DNA of 64,000 bases. Source: an uncultured Acidobacterium sp. GTDB lineage: Bacteria > Acidobacteriota > Vicinamibacteria > Vicinamibacterales > UBA2999. The notes under the pieces are model-generated. The model made no database searches. It saw only the letters and a program-made list of their open reading frames with translations, and was not told the DNA's origin. How positions within the stretch are numbered: the stretch's first letter is position 1; each line of letters begins with the position of its first letter. The translations under genes were made by a program, and so were the position numbers. The stretch is taken from the NCBI GenBank assembly GCA_964628295.1, contig CAZVLS010000005.1, positions 192,931 through 256,930 of the forward strand, in the 5' to 3' direction. Positions 57,033 to 64,000 of the stretch are shown piece by piece.

Positions 57033-59747
57033 ATGCTTGACGCACTTTTCGGTGGTAACCAGGGCAACAAGAAGCAGCAAACCGACGAACTCCAGACGCT
57101 CGTCGCCCAGGCACGGGAAGAGCGCGCTGCCCTCAGCGCGATGCTCACCCAGATGGCCGGCGGCACGTCAAAGCTCGCGCAGACGAGCAAGTCGCTCGAA
57201 CAGGTCGCGCAGAAGGCCGACGCCGCGCTGAAGAAGCTCGATGAACTCGGGCAGAAGGTCGGCGGCTACGAGGACCGCGCGAAGGGCCTGGAGCAGATCG
57301 AGAAGCGCATCGGCGCGCTGCTCGACCAGGTCAATGAAGCCCAGCGCATCTCGGAAAAGATCACGGCGCCGGATGGCGAATTGCAGAAGCATCGCCTCGC
57401 CGTGAACCAGCTGGCGTCACAGGCGCTTGAAAATCAGGCGACGATCGAAACACTCCGCAAGGAGCGCAGCTCGTTTGAAGACCTGCGTGTCAGCCTCAAG
57501 GCGTCGACGGCGGAAGTCGTGAAGTCGGTCGAGAACGTAGCGTCGCTCAAGGGCGAGCTCGATGTCATCCGCTCGGTTGGTGCGCAGCTGACCGCGGAGT
57601 TCGGGCGCATCCGCGAAACCTCCCGCGAGGCGAAGGACGATTCGGCCGCCGCAACCGAAGCCGTCAAGGAAATCGAAAAGAAGCTCGGGCCCCTCGTGCA
57701 GTTGCAGGAGCTGAGCAAGAACACCGAGGAGCGCCTGGCGTCACTGAACGCGCTGGCCGAGCACGTCTCGCAGAAGGCCAAGGCCCTCGAATCCCAGAAG
57801 CATGCCGTCGAACGCGCCGTGGTGGAGGCCAACCGCCTCAACGAAATGGTGTGGGCGATGGATGTGCAGATCGCCAAGCTCAACGAAGGCAGCAAGCAGG
57901 TGGCGCGCGCCGAAGACACCGTGTCGCGCATGGAGAAGCTGGCGCAGGAAACCACCGCGCAACTGTCGGCCGCCACGACCGCCCGCGAAGAATTCGGCCG
58001 TGAGTTCGCGCGCCTCGACAAGGAGAGCCGCGGACTGTCCGAATACCTCAAGACGACCGTCGAACGGCTCTCGGTCGATCGCAAGGAGTTCGACCAGTTT
58101 GATCACCGCCTGCGCGCGCTGTCGGGCGCCGTCGCGGAATCGGAAGCGCGCATGGACGGCGTGCTGCAGAAGGACAAGTCGCTGTCGGCCATGAACCAGC
58201 GTGCCGACGAGCTGAGCAAGGCCTTCCAGACGTTGATGGCGCAGGCCGACGAAATGGCGCGCAAGCAGGGCGCGCTCGAATCGCTCGGCGAGCGACTGGC
58301 GCAGGTTGACGAGATGGGCCGCCGCACGCAGGCGCAGCATGAGGCGCTCAAGCAGTCGCGGCAGGACCTCGAGCAGCTTCGCGCCGAGATCGGCGAATTC
58401 CACAAGGCGCACGCCGAAGCGGCGCAGTTGCGTGACAAGCTGTCGGCCGATCGTTCGGCGCTTGAAGCGTTTGGCGAGCGCGCGACCACGCTCCTGAGCC
58501 GCACCCCGGAACTCGAGTCGAAGATGGACGCGGTGCTCAGCAAGATGGCCACCGTGGACGAAGGCACCAAATCGGCGACGCGCCTCGGCGAACTGGCCGC
58601 GGAGCTCGATGCGCAGCTGACGCGCGTCGGCGCGCGCCTGCAGTTCATCGAGAAGCTCGAAAGCCGCGTCAACAACCTGCACGTGCTGACGGCCGACAAC
58701 GATCGCAAGCTGAGCGAGCAGTTGGCGCGCCGCAACGAGGTGGAGAGCCTGAAGAGCCTGTGCGACACGCTGGGCACCCAGGTCGTTGACGTGCAGCAGA
58801 AGCTGGACGGCGTCGCCGCGATGCAGACGCGCCTCGTGCCGATCACGTCGCAGGTCACCACGCTGGCCGCCTCGCTCGAGAAGTCGCAACAGCTCGCGGC
58901 ATCCGTGAAGCAGGACGAATCGGTGATTCACGACCAGACCGCGCGCCTCACCGAACTGGTGGAACAGGGCAAGAGCCTCGCCGCCGAAACGGCCGAGCGG
59001 TTGAAGCAGGTCCAGACGGTCAGCGACGAGCTCGGACGCGCGTCCGCGGTGAAGGAAGAAATGCTCACCGAACTGGCGCGCGTGCAGGCGCGCCAGCGCG
59101 ACGCCGTCACGCAGACCGAGGCCGCGGAAGATCAGTTGAAGCGCGCCGAGACCATGGTCAAGCAGCTCGAACAGCGCCGCACGCAGCTGGCCTTCTCGGA
59201 GAAGAAGATCGCGACGTTCGAGTCACGCCTCGCCGACCTGACCCGCGCCACCGAGGGCGTGGAGCAGAAGATCAAGGCGATCGCCGAACGCGAAGCGCTC
59301 GTCCAGGCCGTCAAGTCGGAGGTCGAAAGCGTCCACAAGATCAGCAGCCGCAGCAAGGCGGATCTGCAGTTCGTCACCGATCACCGCTCGGAGGTCAGCG
59401 ACCTGCGCGGCAAGGTCGAGCAGCTGCTCGGCGTGGTCAACGATACCGACAGCAAGATCGCGGCGATCGAATCGCGCCGCAAGATGGTCGAAGAGGTCCA
59501 GACGCGCACCAACGCGATCACCAACCTGCTCGATGACATCAACGTCAACCTCGAGATGCTCGGCGAGCAGCGTGCGGTGATCGATCACGTGGGCGAAAAG
59601 ATCGCCCGCCTCGACTTCATGGTGCAGGAAGCGCAGAACACGTTGCGGGCGCTGCAGCGTGAGCGCGAAGTGGCCGAACGCATCGAGCAGGGCATCAAGT
59701 CGCTGCGCGCCAGCAGCAGCGGCGGCGGCAAAATCGCTAGCGCCTGA
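57033..59747 (+). CDS. 904-aa coiled-coil-rich protein (no NTPase or TM motifs)
   Basis: It shows almost continuous heptad-like A/E/K/L/Q/R composition. There is no Walker motif and no signal peptide or TM helix. It ends in 'SSSGGGKIASA'. A TATAAT lies 9 nt upstream of the ATG. Confidence 0.7.
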   Translation: MLDALFGGNQGNKKQQTDELQTLVAQAREERAALSAMLTQMAGGTSKLAQTSKSLEQVAQKADAALKKLDELGQKVGGYEDRAKGLEQIEKRIGALLDQVNEAQRISEKITAPDGELQKHRLAVNQLASQALENQATIETLRKERSSFEDLRVSLKASTAEVVKSVENVASLKGELDVIRSVGAQLTAEFGRIRETSREAKDDSAAATEAVKEIEKKLGPLVQLQELSKNTEERLASLNALAEHVSQKAKALESQKHAVERAVVEANRLNEMVWAMDVQIAKLNEGSKQVARAEDTVSRMEKLAQETTAQLSAATTAREEFGREFARLDKESRGLSEYLKTTVERLSVDRKEFDQFDHRLRALSGAVAESEARMDGVLQKDKSLSAMNQRADELSKAFQTLMAQADEMARKQGALESLGERLAQVDEMGRRTQAQHEALKQSRQDLEQLRAEIGEFHKAHAEAAQLRDKLSADRSALEAFGERATTLLSRTPELESKMDAVLSKMATVDEGTKSATRLGELAAELDAQLTRVGARLQFIEKLESRVNNLHVLTADNDRKLSEQLARRNEVESLKSLCDTLGTQVVDVQQKLDGVAAMQTRLVPITSQVTTLAASLEKSQQLAASVKQDESVIHDQTARLTELVEQGKSLAAETAERLKQVQTVSDELGRASAVKEEMLTELARVQARQRDAVTQTEAAEDQLKRAETMVKQLEQRRTQLAFSEKKIATFESRLADLTRATEGVEQKIKAIAEREALVQAVKSEVESVHKISSRSKADLQFVTDHRSEVSDLRGKVEQLLGVVNDTDSKIAAIESRRKMVEEVQTRTNAITNLLDDINVNLEMLGEQRAVIDHVGEKIARLDFMVQEAQNTLRALQREREVAERIEQGIKSLRASSSGGGKIASA

Positions 59748-59750
59748 GAA

Positions 59751-59808
59751 GTAGCAAGAGGCAAGAGGCAAGTAGCAAGAACGATTCTTGCTACTTGCTA
59801 CTTGCTAC
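59751..59808. terminator. inverted heptamer arrays forming a bidirectional terminator-like hairpin
   Basis: GTAGCAA GAGGCAA GAGGCAA GTAGCAA - gaacgattc - TTGCTAC x3. The best stem is 59768-59781 / 59785-59798 (14 bp, loop cga). The right array also encodes the last residues (..SSK) and stop of the minus-strand gene. Confidence 0.6.
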
Positions 59809-61498
59809 TGATAACCAGGCGCGTCCCGATCTTCAGCGACGTCGTCTTGAGTTTGTTCCAGTTCTTCAGTTGCGTGATCGTGGTGCCGAACCGGCGAGCG
59901 ATCGCGGCGAGCGTATCGCCGCGCTTGACCTGGTAGGTGCGGCGCGGCGCGACAGGCGCGGCCAGCGGCGCCGTTTCCTTCAGCACATCCACCGCAATGG
60001 CTTCCGCGGCGGTCTCGAGCCCGCCGGCGCTGGCCCGCGCCAGCAGGGCGGCGGACGGCATGCGCGGAATGATCAGCTTTGCGCCGACCGCCACACGCGA
60101 CGTGGTCTTGAGGTAATTCGCTTCAGCGAGGTCCGCGCGGCTGACCTGCAGCTTGCGGGCGATCGTGGCGAGCGTTTCTCCGCGCTTCACCGTGTGCGTC
60201 TGCATCGCGTTCAACTGCGACGGCCCGGCGGCGGCAAGGCCGTCGCGCACCTTGTCTGCAGTGCCTTGCGGGACTTTGATGGTGTATTTGCCGGCCTTGG
60301 TGGGCGTGGTCCAGCGGCGGAACTCCGGGTTCAGCGACTGGATGTCGTCCATCGGCACGCCGGCCCATTCGGCGACGCGGCGCAAATCGAGTGCGGGAGG
60401 TACGTCGACCGTCTCGCTCAGCGTCACGGGAGCCGGCACGATGTCGAAGCCGTATTGCGCCGGGTTCTTGGCGATGATGACGGCCGCGAGGATCATCGGC
60501 ACGTAGTCCCGCGTCTCGCGCGGCAGGTAGCGGGTCGTCGCGCTCAACTGCCAGAAGTCGTTCTTCCGGCTGCGGGTGAGGGCGCGCTTCACGCGCCCAG
60601 GGCCGCCGTTGTAGGACGCCATGGCGAGATGCCAGTCTTCGAACATCCCGTAAAGCGTCTTCAGGTACTTCGCCGCCGCCTGCGTGGACTTCGTGGGATC
60701 GGCGCGCTCGTCGAGGTACCAGTCGGCGCGCAGGCCGTTTTCGAGCGCCGTGCCGCGCATGAACTGCCACACGCCACGGGCCTTGGCGCGCGACAGTGCC
60801 GACGGCTTGAACGCGCTTTCGATCAGCGGAATGTAAGCGAGGTCGAGCGGCAACCCTTCGGCGCGGAACGTCTGCTGAATCATCGGCAGATACTGCACGC
60901 CGCGGGATAACCCTTCGGTCAGGAACTCACGCAAGCGTCCCTGGAAGAGTTCCACGTAGCGCAGGACCCGGTCGTTGGTTGGGATGGGAATGTCGTGCGT
61001 AGTGGCCTGCAGGTCGGCTTGTACCGTCTCAGCAGTGGCCGCCTTCGGCGACGAGGATTCGAACGTTTCGATGGCCAGCAGGGCGTCGATGGCCGCCGGT
61101 TCCGACTTGGTTTCGGAGAAACCGTCGCCGGTCCGGAGTGCCGCCTGCTCGAGCACGCTGATGCGATCGACAAGCCGGTCAAAGTGCTCCCGGATGCGCG
61201 TGGTGCTGCGAGCGCCGTCAGGCGACTCGAGCAGCGTATCGAGCGCGCGATCGAACTCGGCCTTGGCGCTCTCGAGATGCCCGAGCGCGAGCTCCTTCTG
61301 GCCGGCCTCGAAATGCTGATCGGACTTCGCAATCAGCACCGCCACGGGATCGACCGGTGGTTGAGGCGCCGGCAGGGGTGCGGCTTGAACGGGCGGCTGA
61401 GGAATAACCGTCACCGCCTGCGTGCGCGGGGTGGCGCAGCCAGTGATGACAACGGTGGCGATCGCCAGCACGACGGGGAGGTAAGTCTTCCTAAACAA
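59798..61498 (-). CDS. MltD-like lytic transglycosylase with three LysM domains
   Basis: Lipoprotein-like N-terminus 'AIATVVITGC'. SLT domain 'PLIESAFKP', 'GVWQFMRGTA', 'AMASYNGGPGRV'. Three 'HTVKRGETLATIARK'-type LysM repeats. Confidence 0.85.
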   Translation of the reverse strand: MFRKTYLPVVLAIATVVITGCATPRTQAVTVIPQPPVQAAPLPAPQPPVDPVAVLIAKSDQHFEAGQKELALGHLESAKAEFDRALDTLLESPDGARSTTRIREHFDRLVDRISVLEQAALRTGDGFSETKSEPAAIDALLAIETFESSSPKAATAETVQADLQATTHDIPIPTNDRVLRYVELFQGRLREFLTEGLSRGVQYLPMIQQTFRAEGLPLDLAYIPLIESAFKPSALSRAKARGVWQFMRGTALENGLRADWYLDERADPTKSTQAAAKYLKTLYGMFEDWHLAMASYNGGPGRVKRALTRSRKNDFWQLSATTRYLPRETRDYVPMILAAVIIAKNPAQYGFDIVPAPVTLSETVDVPPALDLRRVAEWAGVPMDDIQSLNPEFRRWTTPTKAGKYTIKVPQGTADKVRDGLAAAGPSQLNAMQTHTVKRGETLATIARKLQVSRADLAEANYLKTTSRVAVGAKLIIPRMPSAALLARASAGGLETAAEAIAVDVLKETAPLAAPVAPRRTYQVKRGDTLAAIARRFGTTITQLKNWNKLKTTSLKIGTRLVISSK

Positions 61499-61566
61499 AG
61501 AAAAATCGACCGCAGGCAGGGTAACACGCGGCCGAATTGATGGTCAACCTGTTATGGCTCAGGTGT

Positions 61567-63327
61567 TTACGGCTGAGCCCAACCCGAATATACGAAGATT
61601 TTCGCAGCCTCGCCTGCATCCCGTGCGGCTGGTGTAACGATGGTGCGCTCGCCGATGAGCAATTTTTTTCCTGCTCGGATGGCCTGACGAACGTCATCCT
61701 CGCAGATGAATTGCTCAGGCTTCGCGGGTTCCAATGGTTCCAAACGTTCCACGGGTTCCAAGGGTTTGGTTCCGAGTCCTCGGGACGCCAGAAATTTGTC
61801 GATTCGGTTCGTCAGGTTCTCGGATCCAATCGATTCCGGAGCCGGCCTTTCCGGTGCTTTGGGCAAACCCGGAACAATTGGAATCGCCTTTTCGAACGAT
61901 GCCGTTGGAACCGTTGGAACTGATGGAACCTCTGGAGCCTTTGAAAACGCGGCGGGGCGTATTTCAAACGCGACGCGTTTGACGTTGATCAGGTGCCGCG
62001 GCGAGATGTTGTCGGACGTGATGTTGCCGCCAAACCCGCCACATCCAAGCGTCATGGCCGGATCCAGGCCGGTCGTGAAGCCGATCGCGCCGAGCGTGCT
62101 CGGCGTGTTGACGCAAATGCGATAGGCCGGCTTGTGGAGGCCGAACTCGAGGATCACCGCTTCGTTCTGCGAGTGAATGGACATGGTGTGGCCCATGCCG
62201 CCGTATCGCAGGATCTCCTTGCAGCGTTCGCAGCCTTCTCGCCAGTCCTTGACGACGTAGTACGACAGGACGGGGCAGAGCTTCTCGATCGACAGCGGGT
62301 AGTCGCGTCCGACGCCCTTGAGTTCGGCAATCAGCGCGCGCGTGTTGGGCGGCACGGTGATGCCGACCTTCTGCGCGATGTAGATCGCCGACTTGCCGAC
62401 GAATGCCGGATTGGGCAACCGCTGCGGCGTGATGAGTTGCCTGGCGAGCGCGTCCGTCTCGGCCGGCGAGAGGAAATAGCCGCCCTGATCCGCGAACTGC
62501 CGCCGCGCTTCTGCGTCCACGACCTGGTCGACGACGACGGAGTTCGGCGAGGAGCAGAGCACACCGTTGTCGAACGACTTGCCGATCAGGATGTCGCTGG
62601 CCGCCTTCCGCACGTCGGCGGTCGACTCGATGTAGCACGGCGCGTTGCCAGGGCCGACGCCATACGCCGGCTTGCCGGCGCTATACGCGGCGCGCACGAG
62701 GCCCATGCCGCCGGTCGCGAGGATCACGGAGACCTCGCGCGCCTTCATCAGTTCTTGCGTGCCTTCGAGCGTCACCGTCTTCATCCAGCCGATGGCGCCG
62801 TCCGGCAGTCCGGCCTTCCGGCCGGCCTCGTACATGATGTCCGCCGTCTGCGTGATGCATCTCGCCGCCGACGGATGCGGCGTCATGACGACCGCGCAGC
62901 GCGCCTTGATCGAGATCAGGATCTTGTAGATGGCGGTCGACGTGGGATTGGTGGACGGGATGATCGCCGCCACGACGCCGAACGGCTCGGCGATCTCGAT
63001 AATGCGCTTGTCGTCGATGCGATTGATCACGCCGACGGTCTTCATCGGCTTGATGAATTCGTAGACGGTTTTCGACCCAAACAGGTTCTTTTGAATCTTG
63101 TCGCCCAGCACGCCGAAGCCGGTTTCCTCCACGGCGAGGCGAGCCAACGCCTCCGCGTGAGGCGTGACGGCGGCCGCCATGGCGTCAATGATGCTGTCGA
63201 CTTGTTGTTGCGAAAACTCTGCGAGGACCAGCTGCGCGGCCTTCGCCCGTCGCGCCAGCGCCCGCGCTTCGGCGATGGACGCCAGGTCCTTGTCTGAAGG
63301 AGTCGATGTTGCTGCTGCGCTGGCCAC
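61567..63327 (-). CDS. CoA-acylating aldehyde dehydrogenase (EutE/PduP/AdhE-N type) with ~130-aa C-terminal extension
   Basis: 'IPSTNPTST', catalytic Cys context '[16 protein letters not shown]', '[21 protein letters not shown]'. A Pro-rich linker follows, then amphipathic '[16 protein letters not shown]', a second linker and the terminal module '[40 protein letters not shown]'. GTG start. Confidence 0.85.
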   Translation of the reverse strand: MASAAATSTPSDKDLASIAEARALARRAKAAQLVLAEFSQQQVDSIIDAMAAAVTPHAEALARLAVEETGFGVLGDKIQKNLFGSKTVYEFIKPMKTVGVINRIDDKRIIEIAEPFGVVAAIIPSTNPTSTAIYKILISIKARCAVVMTPHPSAARCITQTADIMYEAGRKAGLPDGAIGWMKTVTLEGTQELMKAREVSVILATGGMGLVRAAYSAGKPAYGVGPGNAPCYIESTADVRKAASDILIGKSFDNGVLCSSPNSVVVDQVVDAEARRQFADQGGYFLSPAETDALARQLITPQRLPNPAFVGKSAIYIAQKVGITVPPNTRALIAELKGVGRDYPLSIEKLCPVLSYYVVKDWREGCERCKEILRYGGMGHTMSIHSQNEAVILEFGLHKPAYRICVNTPSTLGAIGFTTGLDPAMTLGCGGFGGNITSDNISPRHLINVKRVAFEIRPAAFSKAPEVPSVPTVPTASFEKAIPIVPGLPKAPERPAPESIGSENLTNRIDKFLASRGLGTKPLEPVERLEPLEPAKPEQFICEDDVRQAIRAGKKLLIGERTIVTPAARDAGEAAKIFVYSGWAQP

Positions 63328-63334
63328 CTGCGTC

Positions 63335-63358
63335 AGGACCTTAGGACCCTAGGACCTT
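63335..63358. repeat. three tandem octamers AGGACCYT
   Basis: AGGACCTT AGGACCCT AGGACCTT, in the 35-nt spacer between the BMC-H stop and the aldehyde dehydrogenase start. Confidence 0.8.
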
Positions 63359-63362
63359 CACC

Positions 63363-63659
63363 TCAGGCTTTCGGCAGGATCCGTTCGACTTCGGCGTGCG
63401 GGCGGGGAATGACGTGGACCGAGACGAGCTCGCCCACGCGCCGCGCCGCGGCGGCACCGGCGTCCGTTGACGCCTTGACGGCGCCCACATCGCCCCGGAC
63501 CATGACGGTCACCAGGCCGGCGCCCACATACTCAGTGCCGACCAGCAGCACATTTGCGGCCTTCACCATGGCGTCGGCGGCTTCCACCGAGCCAATGAAG
63601 CCCTTCGTCTCAACCATGCCCAGAGCGTCGCGCACTGTGTCCATTGGAGTGGCCTGCAT
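63363..63659 (-). CDS. bacterial microcompartment shell protein, BMC-H (PduA/EutM/CcmK type)
   Basis: '[78 protein letters not shown]' is a canonical PF00936-type sequence. The start is uncertain (ATG 63659 or 63644; the listed ORF begins at 63686). Confidence 0.9.
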   Translation of the reverse strand: MQATPMDTVRDALGMVETKGFIGSVEAADAMVKAANVLLVGTEYVGAGLVTVMVRGDVGAVKASTDAGAAAARRVGELVSVHVIPRPHAEVERILPKA

Positions 63660-63680
63660 GATATTCTTGTTCGCCACCCT

Positions 63681-64000
63681 ATGCAACGGAGAGACAGTGT
63701 GAGAGGACTTGTGAGCGCTTGTGTACTGACGGCGCTCGTCGTGACGACGACCCTGGCAGCGGCCGGTTGTAGCGAGGCCGAAGACACCACCCCGCCGGTC
63801 GGGTCAATGCAGGTGTCCCTGTCGCGGCCCAAGGTCGCGCTCGGCAGCCCGGTCGAAGTGACCTACAAATTCACCCTCAACCAGGACGCCCCCAACCTTG
63901 GCCAGCGCCGGGTCTTCGTCCACTTCCTCGACGCCGACGAAGAGTTGATGTGGACGGACGACCACGACCCACCGACCCCGACGTCGGAGTGGAAGCCGGG
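63681..64000 (+). CDS. lipoprotein, N-terminal part (continues beyond the right edge)
   Basis: Own translation, not in the ORF track because there is no stop in the window: '[64 protein letters not shown]..'. It has a lipobox LAAAGC. GTG 63699 or 63711 are alternative starts. Confidence 0.45.
   Translation, partial: MQRRDSVRGLVSACVLTALVVTTTLAAAGCSEAEDTTPPVGSMQVSLSRPKVALGSPVEVTYKFTLNQDAPNLGQRRVFVHFLDADEELMWTDDHDPPTPTSEWKP

Noticed and set aside
57741-58931. 396-aa minus-strand ORF inside the coiled-coil gene, plus 59795..60910 (+) and 61993..63297 (+)
   Set aside because: These are antisense to genes with recognisable products (coiled-coil protein, MltD-like SLT/LysM protein, aldehyde dehydrogenase). 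Their translations are Arg/Gly/Asp-rich and have no motifs.

Overview
GC-rich (mid-60s % by eye, not computed), gene-dense 64-kb chromosomal window. It holds about 65 protein genes and one RNase P RNA. I saw no rRNA, tRNA, CRISPR array, transposase or integrase. The gene content suggests an Acidobacteria-like organism (inference): PadR next to an ADOP-type duplicated FtsX permease, BlaI next to a BlaR1 fused to CarboxypepD_reg and TonB-C domains, and sigma-54 type activators. The backbone is housekeeping operons, often translationally coupled by 1-4 nt overlaps: ttcA-dtd-OMP-dapF; radC-larC-metG-tatD; polyprenyl synthase; ligA-htrA-ntrC-like; rnpB; gcvT-gcvH-gcvP; nnr-tsaE; guaB; secA. The most interesting items are these. 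(1) A comEA / FimT-like minor pilin (C-terminal GRVR) / PilZ / AAA+ activator operon, divergent from pilT and a secreted kinase-fold protein. It is followed by a 1253-aa RCC1 and propeller giant protein and a small membrane ORF. (2) A BMC-H shell gene with an acylating aldehyde dehydrogenase that carries a ~130-aa C-terminal extension, which looks like a microcompartment satellite locus. (3) A four-gene cassette with two paralogous minimal nucleotidyltransferases flanking an unknown ORF that has an Rx5H motif. (4) A DapF homologue with both catalytic Cys replaced by Ser. (5) A protein built from six 11-aa repeats kept by synonymous changes. (6) A family of 7-8 bp tandem-repeat arrays filling intergenic spacers. 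There are also two VapC-type TA modules with palindromic operators. Many long ORFs in the track are antisense shadows of real genes, as expected at this GC content. Coordinates of non-ORF features were counted by hand and may be off by 1-2 nt.
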